From Octopus vulgaris (lineage: Eukaryota): a stretch of DNA of 64,000 nt. Location of the stretch: contig OX597836.1 of NCBI GenBank assembly GCA_951406725.2, positions 8,618,001 through 8,682,000 on the forward strand, given 5' to 3'. The notes under the pieces are model-generated. The model saw only the letters and a list, made by a program, of their open reading frames with translations, had not been told where the DNA came from and did not search any database. Of this stretch, positions 44,368 to 58,359 are shown in pieces (positions within the stretch are counted from its first letter, which is position 1; every line of letters begins with the position of its first letter). Position numbers and translations under genes: made by a program.

Positions 44368-44827
44368 TAATAATTGCGAAATGTATGGAGGGAAGTGGGG
44401 GGCGGGTATTCTTGATAAGATATTTCCCAAAATAAACTGAAGCAAACCATTAGGGTAGAAGAAAATCCAAATTTAAAAGAATTAAGAAAGAAAGAAAGAA
44501 AGAAAGAAAGAGAAAGAAGAAAAGAAAGATAAGTAATATGAAGGAAAGAAAGAATGAAAGAAAGAAAGAATACAATGAGATGGGGGAAGAAAAAGAAAGT
44601 ATAGGAGCGGGAAGGAAAGAGATAGGCTTAGAGAGTGAGGGGGAGAGAGAGGCAGTCAGACATGCAGACAGAGAGAAACCGAGAGAGAAGTGGGAGAAGG
44701 AAAGAGAAGGAGTGCAAGGCATTCTCAAATTCTTCGTTCTTCGAGAATGCTGAAAGTATTTCTTTAGCCAGTCTGGGACAAGTTGGGTGAGAGTTGTCCA
44801 CACGATAATACGGTGATATGGAAAGAG

Positions 44828-44880
<53 letters not shown>

Positions 44881-45059
44881 GAGAGGAGAGACGGAGAGAG
44901 GAAGAGGGGAACAGTTATATGTGTGTATGTGTATGTGCGTGTGTGTGTGTGTGCACCCATATGTACAGACACGCATACTCACACACACGCACAAGCACAC
45001 ACTATATATATACATACACACATACATACACAAACATACACACACACACACACATATAT

Positions 45060-45327
45060 ATATTTTTTATTGGATTGTGGCCATGCTGGGGCACAACCTT
45101 GGAGGGTTTAGTCGAATAAATCAACTCGTGTATGTATTTCTATGTCCGATATTTCTTCTAACAATCACATTTGCCGAACCGCTAAGCTACAGGGACATAA
45201 TGAAAACAATAGCACTCACATTCATATATGCGTACACACATGCATACACACACATCGGTTGTCAAGCGATGTTGGGAGGACAAACACAGACACACAACCA
45301 TATACACACACATACATACATATACAT

Positions 45328-45368
<41 letters not shown>

Positions 45369-45520
45369 AATGACGGGCTTCTTTCAGTTTCCGTCTACCA
45401 AATCCACTCACATGGCTTTGGTCGGGCCGAGGCTATAGTAGAAGACACTTGCCCAAGGTACCACGCAGTGGGACTGAACCCGGAACCATGTGGCTGGTAA
45501 GCAAGCTTCTTACCGCCTAT
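45060..45520 (-). mobile_element. SINE family A, diverged, with expanded internal microsatellite
   Basis: Family A motifs TTTGCCGAACCGCTAAG, ATCGGTTGTCAAGCG, CTTCTTTCAGTTTCCGTCTACCAAATCCACTCAC and GGGACTGAACCCGGAACCATGTGG. Confidence 0.88.
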
Positions 45521-45582
45521 GGAAACGAATATTGTCAAAATATATAAAACGTGAAAAAAGTGTTCGGAGAATTTTAGTTATT

Positions 45583-46416
45583 CAATAACCCCTTGACTAT
45601 CGCGTGTGCTACGTTCCAAAATCCCCCGCGATAAGTGAAAATCCGCGAAGTAGAAACAGTACTGTACTGTATATTTTCCTTTATTATTTTTATAATTTGT
45701 ACATATTTTTTTTATTATTGGGTTGTCTGGAAAGTTCGTGCCTATTTATAGTAAGCTTACCTTTCAACTTATTTTAGAACATGGTTGAGTCCATAAAATA
45801 GGATTTGACTACACCTCCACTTAGAACACAGTTTAAGATATCTTTTCGTGGAAGAAGGTTTATGTTCCTATAACCTGAGTTAAGTCTGTAACCCTTTAAA
45901 ATGGAAGATAAGAAAGTTCATTTTCGGCACTTGATGCTTTGGGAACCACACAAAAATTGCTGCAGCTTGGTTGGGATCTGTTACCCCACTCTCAATGTTC
46001 GCCAGATATTGCTCCTTCGGATTTCCACTTATTCAGGTCTCTGCAGAATAGTCTTAATGGTGAAATTTTCAATTCCTTGGATGACGTAAGAAGATACCTT
46101 GATGAATTCATTGCCATGAAACCACCTCAATTCTGTGAAGAGGGTATTTTCAAGTTAAAGGAAAGATGGAGACGCATTGTGCAACAAAATGGTTCATATT
46201 TGGTTGATTAAAAATGTAATGGCAAGTATTTATTGACCTTTTTCTTTCCTTTAAAAATCGGCACGAACTTTCCGGACAACCCAATATAAATGGAAACCAA
46301 CACCATGGAGTAATTGACATAAGCTTAAATACTAAACCGCGATAGGTGAACCGCGATAGGTGAACCACGATAGGTGAACCGCGATAGGTGAACCGCGATA
46401 TGGCGAGTGATTCCTG
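45583..46416. mobile_element. Tigger/pogo-like non-autonomous element hosting a nested mariner
   Basis: Ends CAATAACCCCTTGACTATCGCG ... CGCGATATGGCGAGTGATTCCTG|TA (decayed CAG..CCCTCG..TATCGCG-type TIR). Subterminal CCGCGATA(A/G)GTGAA motifs at both ends, x4-5 at 46337-46400. Confidence 0.65.
45718..46284 (+). mobile_element. Internally deleted mariner with both TIRs and TA TSD
   Basis: TA|TTGGGTTGTCTGGAAAGTTCGTGCC ... GGCACGAACTTTCCGGACAACCCAA|TA. N-terminus MEDKKVHFRHLMLWE joins directly to the C-terminus LGWDLLPHSQCSPDIAPSDFHLFRSLQ...GIFKLKERWRRIVQQNGSY (SPD.APSD motif). Confidence 0.93.
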
Positions 46417-46741
46417 TAATTGCATCGGTATTCGCTTTTCCAAACTCAAATTGCTAATAATTAAATACCCCAATGCTCAAAACCGGTTCAAGTGTTTCTC
46501 CATCCGTTGGATAGTCAAATATGTTCCACCCTAGGGGTCAATACTGACCACTCTCCCGAACCCCTAGCCTAATAATGTCAAACATATGCTTAAGTTTATC
46601 GCAGACACAAACCAGATTATAGAAAAATTATAAAACGTAATCCGCAATATGGCGCATCAAACCACCGGCTGTCATTGTTGAAATTCTCTTAACAGGTTTA
46701 CTCATGCTCAGCTACCACATATAAATATTAAAACACACACA

Positions 46742-46836
<95 letters not shown>

Positions 46837-46851
46837 ATATGTATGTATATA

Positions 46852-46883
<32 letters not shown>

Positions 46884-46884
46884 C

Positions 46885-46958
<74 letters not shown>

Positions 46959-47637
46959 GTATATACGTATATACATGTACACATGTATGCGTGCATATAT
47001 ACATGTACACACGTACAATGGCGCGCACAAATGATTAGGCGGGTTGCGGAGGTATATATATAATAAAATATAAAGGATAGTTAAAATATACACACGTATT
47101 ATTTTTGTGGTATCACTTTATTATGGTTACATCATAAATTAAACGGCGATTAACAAGATGTGACAAGATAATAAAGACCGGGACACGCCACTGTCAAATC
47201 GCAAAGCATAAACAGCATGGCAGCCGCGATGATACACACACGTATACACACACACACAGGTGTATATATATATATACATATATATAATAGGTTTTGGTAA
47301 ACGCCCATTCGGAAAAGAAAAGCAGCTGAGAAGACAATAAGTGATCAAGGATCAGATGATGGGACAGTGAACGGCTCCCGCCCTTTTAACGTCTTCCTGC
47401 CAACGGTGTTCTGTCTGGTATGTCTATTTTACGATGGTATTCCGACGTGTGGCCACACATACCACACACATACACACACGCAGACAAAACACACATACAC
47501 AAATAACATACTTGCATGCACATATGCTTATACACACATACATACATACATACATACATATATGTATATATGCATATATTTATATATTATTTATATTATC
47601 ATCATCCCTGCTCTTTAATTCCTATGTTTTTTGAAAA

Positions 47638-47992
<355 letters not shown>

Positions 47993-48216
47993 TGGTCGTT
48001 TGTTGGAGCCTGTTCTGCTCTCTTTGTTGAATACAATTACCGCGTTTTGCAATCACGTATAATTAATATAAGAGCCTTCAGAAATACGGTTGTTTCTTTT
48101 CATATTCAGTCATTCTCAGTAAAAAGCTGTTTCATTTAGATTATACTTCCGTTGCATCTACGGAATATCTGTCTATTTGAATAGTTTATATGTTCGTATG
48201 TATGTGTGTATGTGTG

Positions 48217-49091
48217 TCATTATTCAGTTTTATTTCATGGTTTCGTCCCAATAAAGAAAGAGTCGGTTTCTAACCCAGATCCAAGTCTCGTTCGTTGGAA
48301 TTTCAACAACATCGACAGAGTATTTTTGTATATATGTATGTATGTATGTATACGTGCAGATTTGTATGGTTTGTTTTATGTATGAATTTTCATGCATATA
48401 CTTGCTTATCTAGATATGCTTATGCGTATTTAAATGATAAACTTCTGGAAAGTTTTACAGACCTTCACAGTTCCAGTGATGGCTTGGAACTGTAGTCTTC
48501 GTATCAGCTTTCTCAATAGAGAAGGAGTCGGTTTCTAATCCAGATCCAAGGCTCATAGTTGTATGTCTTCTCATGCATATACTTGCTTATCTAGACATGC
48601 TTATGCGTATTTAAATGATAAACTTCTGGAAAGTTTTACAGACCTTCACTGTTCCAGTGATGGCTTGGATCTGTAGTCTTCGTATCAGCTTTCTCAATAG
48701 AGAAAGATTCGGTTTCTAACCCAGATCCAAGGCTCATCGTTCTATGTCTTCTCATGCATTTATTTGCACGTCCAAATATGAACATATATGTTTAAATGAT
48801 AAACTTCTGGAAAGCTTTATAGACTTTTACAGTTCCAGTAACGGCTCCGACCTTCGTATCAGCTTTCTCCTTTTTGGTTTTGAGAAGCCTAATTTCTCAA
48901 GATTGGTATCCAGGCAGTGTGTTATATATCCCAGTGCCTCAATAATTACAGGTATAAACCTGACCCTGTAATCTGGATGGAGTAACTGCAGATTTCTCAA
49001 TAGTCCAGCGTTGGCATTCTCTATTTCGCCGATCTCTAGCTTTATGTTAACATCCACTGGGCAAGGGATTGCCACAACTGTGCACATACAC
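48217..49091 (-). mobile_element. 5'-truncated RLE non-LTR retrotransposon (TACA-associated family) with a 181 bp internal triplication
   Basis: CTVVAIPCPVDVNIKLEIGEIENANAGLLRNLQLLHPDYRVRFIPVIIEALGYITHCLDTNLEKLGFSK...RKLIRRLQFQAITGTVKVCKTFQKFII* resembles an RLE C-terminus (V...CP.D.N; FIPVII.ALG). The 5' junction abuts (TACA)n at 49092-49388 and the 3' end abuts CA/TACA repeats. Confidence 0.8.
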
Positions 49092-49629
49092 TGTATGTAT
49101 GTATGTATGTATGTATGTATGTATGTATGTATGTATGTATGTATGTATGTATGTGTGTATGTGTGTATGTATGTATGTGTGTGTGTATGTGTGTGTGTAT
49201 GTATGTATGTATGTATGTGTGTGTGTATGTATGTATGTATGTATGTGTGTGTGTATGTATGTATGTATGTATGTATGCGTGTATGTATGCATGCATGTAT
49301 GTATGTATGCATGCATGTATGTATGTATGTATGCATGCATGCATGTATGTATGTATGTATGTATGTATGTATGTATGTATGTATGTATGGAAGTTCTTCT
49401 CTTTCTCTTTTTAATTTAGAGTAAATTTTGACCGGCCACCTACTTAGTAGCAAGGTGGTGAAGGAAATCATCTTTAAATCCTAAGGTCTTGCAGATTTTT
49501 ATAGTCCCAGATATCATGATCATTTGTAGCATATGAATTAAGGATTTGCGTTCAAAATCAAACAATGCGCATGAACGGAATTAAAAAAATATAAAATGGC
49601 GAAAATTAACTCATCGCATCCTCTCTATA

Positions 49630-49950
49630 TTTTTTATTCTTTTAAATGTTTCAGTCATTTTGACTGCGGCCATGCTGGAGCACCGCCTTAAGAGGCTTTT
49701 AGTTGAAGCACCGCTAAGTTACGGGGACATAAAACACAGACACAAAGACACACACACACACACACACACACACAGAGATAAATATATATGTGTGTAACGA
49801 CGGGCTTCTTTCAGTTTCCGTCTAGCAAATTCACTCACAAGACTTTGGTCGGTGCGAGGCTATAGTAGAAGACACTTGCCCAAGATGCCACGCAATGGGA
49901 CTGAACCCGGAACAATGTGGTTGTGAAACAAGCTTCTTACCGCACAGCCA
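49630..49950 (-). mobile_element. SINE family A with internal deletion
   Basis: The tail TGACTGCGGCCATGCTGGAGCACCGCC jumps to CCGCTAAGTTACGGGGAC; head motifs are intact. Confidence 0.88.
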
Positions 49951-50868
49951 CGATATATGTATATATATATACGTGTGTGTGTGTGTATGTTTATTTGTAT
50001 GTATATGTATGTATATTTATAATTATACCTGTCTATATGTATATACAAATATATATATATATTTACACACACACACAGTGAGAACAATGAACAAAAGCAA
50101 AATGACTAAGGAAAAATAGACGACCCGCAAGCTTTAAGAGAGATTTTTTTAGTTTAATGCTTAGAAATTACAGTAAAATGTCTTAACTTTTCGGACGCTT
50201 GTCTTTTATCTATTTATCAGAAGAAGATTATAGGAAGAATGTGAAAGGAAAGAAGTGAGAAAAATGTGTTAAAGCCGAGGTAACCTCTCACCACATGCTA
50301 GTAATAACAACCAAATTCCGCTGCTCTAATCACTAGGCCATGTGCCTCCACTATATATATATATACATATGTGTGTGTTTATATGTGTTTGACATACGTG
50401 TGTGGTGTGGTGTGGTGTTGGTGTTGGTGTTGGTGTGTGTGTGTGTGCGCGCGTGCGCGCACTAAGATACGAGCACAGAGATCCTCGTGTCGCTTAGAGA
50501 AGACACCCCACCCCAGGTGTCTGATTTCCTATCAGTGCTCTCCGACCATTGTGGCAGTTGTCACTAATACCTCTTCATCATGTTGACCACGTCTCGAAAT
50601 GTAAAGAGATCTTTAAGTATCATTGATCCAGCGTTTAGACACTCGTTTACACAATGGCAAGGCACACGTAGAATACACACACTCATGTATACACACATAC
50701 ATACAAACACAGACCCACATACACGCGCATATAGGTGTGTATATCTATATATACACCACTACAGGATATAGATTTACAATAGATAGAATAGAAATACGGA
50801 AGAATGGAGAAACAAAAAAGAAAAAGAAACATATACGTGTGTTGTTTCTATATATGTAGACATACGTA

Positions 50869-50925
<57 letters not shown>

Positions 50926-50995
50926 TACGAGGGAAAATTATTCCAAACTTACAGGGAAGAATTCAATTTAGAAATACTAAATCAAATTTCACAAA

Positions 50996-51032
<37 letters not shown>

Positions 51033-51050
51033 GTAGTTTCTTTTCGAATT

Positions 51051-51167
<117 letters not shown>

Positions 51168-52097
51168 GGATATATATATATATATATATCTTTTTACTTG
51201 TCTCGGTCATTTAACTGTGGCCGTGCTGGAGCTCTGGTTTGGAGCTTTTAGTCCAACAAATTTATATATGTACATATATAAATAGACACGTATAAGTATA
51301 TGTATAAATACACACACACGCACACACACACATATATATATATATGAAGGGAGACCAGGTGGGTGTGTGTATATATGTATGTGTGTGTACATCTTTATTA
51401 GAGTATGACATATACATATGTATATATGTTTGTGTCTATGTGTGTATATATACGTATATATAAGTATGTATATATATACACTGTCAGTGGGTATATACAA
51501 ACACACACGCACTCACAAACACATACACATGCACACTTATACACATGTACACACGCACGCACACACCTTGACATTAATACTTCGAAGAGACGCATTTGAA
51601 TGCACCTTATAAGATTTCTGTGTGTCTCGCAACAACAAAGTCCACACCCAGCTATTATATTTCCACTACCAGGATGCTTTGAGATCTACACAACCGTGCT
51701 TGCTTCACTCTGCACGTACTCCTCTGTGCACATTCAGATCTCTCTATGTTCATCCGTCCGTTGTCGAGTCCCATACACGGAAAAGTTTCACAGGAAGTTG
51801 TCTCATTCTATGCAGGCTCCTTTTTTGTTTCCCTCAAGTTTGACAAAAAAAAAAACCAAAAAAAAAACCCAACCCTTCATTGTTAATATTCTGCATACGT
51901 TTATCCGTTTTAATCATTCCTGCCTTATGTAGTCATCATCTGTGAGTTTAGTAATATGACTTGAATTTGTTTTTAGTCTGGAGTTTTGTTGATATACAAT
52001 ATCGTTTTATCCAGTGCCGAAATCGTACTGACTACGGATATAAAAACGTTTGACGAAGTAGGTTTATTGATGTCGGCTTATTGGCTTGCTTATTGTA

Positions 52098-52156
<59 letters not shown>

Positions 52157-52159
52157 TAT

Positions 52160-52388
52160 CTCTTTTTACTCTTTTACTTGTTTCAGTCATTTGACGGCGG
52201 CCATGCTGGAGCACAGCCTTTAATCGCCCAGTACTTATTCTATCGGTCTCTTTTGCCGAACCGCTAAGTAACGGGGACATAAACACACCAGCATCGGTTG
52301 TCAAGCAATGCTAGGGGGACAAACACAGACAGACAAACACACACACGCATATATATATATACATATATACGACATATATATATATATG

Positions 52389-52459
<71 letters not shown>

Positions 52460-52620
52460 GATGAGCGTCTTTCAGTTTCCATCTACCAAATCCACTCACA
52501 ATGCTTTGGTCGGCCTGAGGCTATAGTAGAAGACACTTGCCCAAGGTACCACACAGTGGGACTGAATCCGGAACCATGTGGTTCGTAAGCAAGCTACTTA
52601 CCACACAGCCACTCCTACCC
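52160..52620 (-). mobile_element. SINE family A, full length, with ~130 bp internal microsatellite
   Basis: Family A tail, body and head motifs. Tail abuts (TA)n at 52096-52155. Confidence 0.92.
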
Positions 52621-52817
52621 CTATATCAGATTTATAATTATAGACAGGGGTCGAGTCGGTGGACTATAAGAAAAAAACCCCTTCGAAGTGGTGTTCCAGC
52701 ACGGCCACAGCCCAATAAGTGAAAGAAGTAAAGCGCAAAAACAAAATACAGCGTGTATATATATTTACGCACATATCCCACCCCCACACGCATATACACA
52801 CATACTCAGAAATACAT

Positions 52818-53207
52818 TGGCATCGAGAGTTACACAAATGCCAGAACTGGGCGCCACTGCGTGGTGTCAAGAACTCCAAATTTGCCATCAAGATGTAGGA
52901 AAAGATACTGTGATAGCCTGGGCTTCAGAGGCCCACAGCTCTTCAATATCCTCCCGAAGAACCTAAGAGACCTGCATGGGGTGGATGCAGATGTCTTTAA
53001 AATAAAACTGGATCTCTTCTTGTCAGGTATTCCAGATGAACCAACTTCACGGCAGGAGGTGCAGATGAGGGCAGCTGTATCGAACTCTCTCATGCACCAA
53101 ATGGCAATTGCTACAAAGCATTCGTGAAGTAAAATCATGTAGCAACACCAAATGGCGGTGCCCCAGCATGGCCACAGCTTGTGAGCTGAAACTAAATAAA
53201 AAAAAAA
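52818..53207 (+). mobile_element. 5'-truncated CR1/L2-group LINE: ORF2 C-terminus, 3'UTR and poly(A)
   Basis: RTGRHC...DSLGFRGPQLFNILPKNLRDLHGVDADVFKIKLDLFLSGIPDEP...RAAVSNSL* (stop 53125-53127) resembles CR1-group ORF2 ends (LFN.LP..IR...FK.KLD.FL). The UTR ends GGCGGTGCCCCAGCATGGCCACAGCTTGTGAGCTGAAACT-A-rich. Confidence 0.82.
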
Positions 53208-53698
53208 TATATATACACCAATACGCACAAACATACAGACAAGAAGATTCAAGGTGCACACGAAACGAGTCTCATATAACAAACGTCTGTCTCCATAAAT
53301 ATATAAATAGAGAGATAAACGATTGCTTTTTATTCCGTTGGCGTGTAAAGTTAGCAGGTATGGAATGTGTGTGGAAGCGTGTCGTGTGATATATGCGTGG
53401 AATGTGCTGCGTTGTTAGAATTTCTCAAGTGTGACGAAGCTTGGATAAAAATCTACAAGAGCCGGCCATCTTGCACAATGGCGGAAGTGAAGTGAGCTCG
53501 GTTTATTTATCGCTGATTCTGAAACTACGTGGCGGCGACACGCGTGTCTACGTGTGTATATGTATGCATGTATGTATGTATGTATGTATGTATGTATGTA
53601 TGTATGTATGTATGTATGTATGTATGTATGCATGTATGTATGTATTTATGTACACCCATACATATATAAACATACACATATATCTGTATGTGTGTGTG

Positions 53699-53766
<68 letters not shown>

Positions 53767-53859
53767 TAGATAGACTGAGCATATATATATATACATATAT
53801 GTATACACACACACACATATGTATGTATGTATATAGGTAGTGGTTAGCGATTTTCTTCA

Positions 53860-54238
53860 CTACTTCAAGGAGTGAGGACCCTGCTTGACACGAGTCCCGG
53901 GCTCAGCAGGCTCCGGCTGGCAGTACCCGTATGGGCCCCTATCCAGGATTACGGAAAGGAGACAACCTTCAAAGAAATCCGGAGTGGAGCCCCGTAGGCG
54001 GCTTAGTGTTCGACTCGACCCTCTTCCAGCAGCTCCTGCAACCAAGCTGGTGCCAAACGTAATGCTCTGCACTCCTTTGGACTATGTCAGTGAGGTCAAG
54101 AGAGGAATCCTGACGATTGGGCTACCCAGGATTTTCTTACATCTAGCCCAGGCCTACGCAAAACTGGAGAGGGAACTTCGACTTGCCTCTCCAGATGTGC
54201 AACTCCATTGTCTCCCGAGACAAAAGGATGCCAACAAT
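53860..54238 (+). mobile_element. Probable RTE-derived non-autonomous element (5'UTR-like part fused to an RTE-like 3' end)
   Basis: GC-rich unique island with AAATCCGGAG.GGAGCCCC..AGGC, CTCCTGC.AC...GCTGG.GCCAAACGTA and an end ..TCTC.CGAGAC.AAAGGATGCCAACAA. I recall these motifs from RTE-derived repeats; not verified. Confidence 0.45.
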
Positions 54239-55204
54239 ATATATATACACACACAGACATATATGCATATGTACACATACATATAATTATGTATGTATGA
54301 ATATATATATATATATATGTGTGTGTGTGTAAGTATGAGTCTGTGTGTGCTTGTGTGTACTTTTTGTATGCATGCATAGAACTGAGCTCACTACAGTTGC
54401 TTGCGTTTGTTCTGATTAATTAATTAATTAATTAATTAATCAATTGCTTGATTGATTGAGGAAGCAATTAGTGAAACAATCGTTTAATTAATTCGTTAAG
54501 TAGTGACATAATGAGCAAATAAAAATAAAGAAGTGAAATAAAAACAGTACGTGTATTTAAAATACTGCCATACTGACCCTCCCGAGAGACAACAGAAATA
54601 TTTAAATCTTACAATCACTTTAAAGACACACAATAAGTCTCCACCACTTTATACAGTTTAAAGTCACTGTCAGGGTACCATTGCGAAGTACCCCAGGTGC
54701 CTATCTGTGGGTGACAATTATTTAAGATGATAATAAGATCATGTTGATTGTTCCCTTCAAAAACTGTCCCAATAATTTCTTGTCATTTCCATTACATTTC
54801 CCAAATATCTTAACATCTGAATTATCATAAGAATTTTTTTTCTTTTTTTTTCAAATTGACATTTGGCCAATTATATATTTTCTAATCATGCCAGGAATTT
54901 CAGTTCCTAAAAGATGTGAAGGTGATAAGCGAGATCCCTGAACTTGGAGAGTTCCGGTTAGATAATGGCGATAAGAGACTTCCAAATTCTTCATATTCCT
55001 TAAGATTCTTTCGCAAAAGGGCAATTGGCTTGGATTTCATCAAGGCAATTTCGTTATAGATACGGACAAACAAATACGCACATATATGTATGTGTATTTG
55101 TATATATGTGTTTGCGTGTGTATGCGGATATGATACACTTGTGTGTGCGTGTGTATGAGTGTGTGTGTATGTGTGTGTGTGTGTGTATGTGTGTATATAT
55201 ATAT

Positions 55205-55866
55205 ATTCTTTTTTCTTTTCTTTTATTTGTTTCAGTTATTTGACTGTGGTCATGCTGGAGCACCGCCTTTACTCGAGCAAATTGACCCCAGAACTGATCC
55301 TTTTTAAGCCTAGTACTTATTCTATCAGTCTCTTTTGCCGAACCGCTAAGTTACGGGGATGCAAACACACCAGCATCGGTTGTCAAGCGATGGTGGGTGG
55401 GGACAAACACAGGCACACACACACACACTCAAACACACACATACACGCACACACAAACACACACACACACATACACACACACACACACACACGACCTATT
55501 TCTTTACTACCCACAAGGGGCTAAACACAGATTGGACAAACAAGGATAGACAAACGGATTAAGTCGATTATATCGACCCCAGTGCGTAACTGGTACTTGT
55601 TTAATCGACCCCGAAAGGATGAAAGGTAAAGTCGATCTCGGCGGAATTTGAACTCAGAACGTAGCGGCAGACGAAATACCTATTTCTTTATTACCCACAA
55701 GGGGCTAAACACAGAGGGGACAAACAAGGACAGACATAGGTATTAAGTCGATTACATCGACCCCAGTGCGTAACTGGTACTTAATTTATCGACCCCGAAA
55801 GGATGAAAGGCAAAGTCGACCTCGGCGGAATTTCGCCCGGCGTGCTACCGTTTCTGCCAGTTCGCC
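55205..55866 (-). mobile_element. SINE A 3' half (55205-~55490) followed by two tandem SINE B units (55495-55680, 55680-55866)
   Basis: The unit CCTATTTCTTTA.TACCCACAAGGGGCTAAACACAGA...AAGTCGA..TCGGCGGAATTT is repeated with a ~184 bp period. Confidence 0.9.
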
Positions 55867-56515
55867 TATATATTAATCAATGAAATTCCAACTTAGATTA
55901 TGCAAGTGAGCCTGAAACGTCAACCCATCTTCACAAAAGATGTATCGGTAGCATCAATCCAACAAAACAATTTCCCGCTCTTGGTCAAACTCCCAGACCT
56001 TAGGAGGACAGGCTCCGTATTCCTCACTGTCTAAAAGAGACAGTTATGGTACCTTATACCAGCTGAAGGCGGCTATAGTTGATAAGAGCTGGCAGTTGGA
56101 ACTCTTCCGTTGGCGAAAACTAGTTGAGTCCTCACTGCCCCTCTCAGATGAATCATACAGGCCATAAGGGGCGAAGCGATTGCGAACCTGAGATACCCAC
56201 GAAGAAATTTCCGACTTTGTGATGGATTTAAAGGAAGAGACTACAAAATCTCTGCGTACCTTCTTTCGATTCTGCACGGGGCGAAGCCTCTCCGATGTTT
56301 ATTTCACCTGTACTTCTAGGTATAGATATAGTTATAAATACATACATACATACATACATACATACATACATACATACATACATACACACATACATACATG
56401 CATTCATGCATACATACATACACACATATACACTCACATAAAATTACGTCATTGTGCATACAAAGACGTATTGCGTTGTGGAAATAAATTTGCAATACTT
56501 TGATGTAAGATATAC

Positions 56516-56559
<44 letters not shown>

Positions 56560-56714
56560 TGAGAGACATATATATATGTGTGTGCATGTATAAATATATA
56601 TATACATATATGTACATACATATATATATGTGCGTGTGTACATGTGTAAATATATATATATAAATACACATAATATATATATATTTATTTATACATATAT
56701 ACGTATATATATAG

Positions 56715-56763
<49 letters not shown>

Positions 56764-56947
56764 TGTATATATATAGATATATATATGTATATATGTAAAT
56801 ATATATATATACATATATGTATGCATATGTACATATATGCATAAATGCATTCGTACATACATGCATAAATGCATTCATATATACACATATACATGCATAT
56901 TATATGCGCGTGCATGTTTGTGTGCAATTTTAAATACACATACACAG

Positions 56948-56982
<35 letters not shown>

Positions 56983-57540
56983 CATACATGTGTGAGTGCG
57001 TGTGTGTGAGAACGCACACGCATGTGTGTATTGCTTGCGTGAGCAAATTTCACATTTCTGCCTGACAAAAAAAGAAAACAAAAAAGAAACTTCATAATTG
57101 TACATTAATATTTACAGGCGTGCTTGGTGGTGGGCGTGGGGGGGATGGCTGTTCATTATAGAAACGATTCTCAGGCGCCATTTCTACTGTAAAGGATAGT
57201 TAATTGGTTGGAAGTTTTTATTTATTTATTTATCTAATTATTTATTTATTTATCTTTTTATCTTTTTATTTCTGTATTTATTTAATATTTTGACACATTG
57301 CAATGTCCGAAGTAAATAGCCTTCTGGTTAACATCACTGATGATCTCTCCAATCGCTGTAAATAATTACTTGTGTTGCTGTGTTGACATTAATAAGTTTG
57401 CTTCCCAAATACAGCGGTTGCCGGGTTCGTTTCCATTGCTCGGCTCCTTGGGGCCAAGTGTCTTCTACTATCGCCCCGCGCTGATCAAAGCCCAGTGAGT
57501 GGATTTGGTAGACGGAAACCGAAAGAAGCTTGTCGTATAC

Positions 57541-57580
57541 AATAATAATAATAATAATAATGATAATAATAATAATAATG

Positions 57581-57611
<31 letters not shown>

Positions 57612-57631
57612 CAACAATAATAATAGTAGTA

Positions 57632-57689
<58 letters not shown>

Positions 57690-58060
57690 CAACAATAACA
57701 ATAATAATAGTAATAATAATAACTATAATAATAATAATAATGTTAATAATACTGATAATAATAATAATAACAATAATAATAGTAAAAATAATAATAACAA
57801 TAATAAAAATAATAATAATAATAATAACAATAACAATAATAATAGTAATAATAATAACTATAATAATAATAATAATAATGTTAATAATAATGATAATAAT
57901 AATAATAACAATAATAATAGTAAAAATAATAATAACAATAACAATAACAATAATAATAATAATAATAATAGTAATAATAATAATAACAATAATAATAATA
58001 ATAATAATGATGATAATAATAATAATAATAATGATAATAATAACTATAATAATAATGATG

Positions 58061-58100
<40 letters not shown>

Positions 58101-58102
58101 TG

Positions 58103-58173
<71 letters not shown>
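57541..58173. repeat. (AAT)n array with higher-order duplication
   Basis: The variant series AACTAT...GTT...AGTAAA recurs about 135-138 bp apart (~57721 and ~57856). Confidence 0.9.
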
Positions 58174-58359
58174 CGAGATTGAAATTATTCTTCACAAAGG
58201 TAAAGAAACTAGAAGAGGAGTGCGACTGTTATTGGTAATAGAAAGAGATTGATTCTGTTTATTAAAATGAAGAAGAAACGAATGAAGAATATTTCGACAC
58301 TCCGTGTGTGTCTTTTACAATTTCAAAATATAAAATGAAATTAAATTCAAAGATAGGAA

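Noticed and set aside
50160-50300. Possible degenerate hammerhead on the minus strand (CTGATAA...GTCCGAAAAGTT)
   Set aside because: Core-to-helix II spacing is wrong and helix pairing is too weak to call.
55870-56320. Non-repetitive islands that might be exons (also 51620-51830, 59670-59870, 16550-16740)
   Set aside because: No recognisable protein motif or consistent splice/frame support; possibly old TE remnants.
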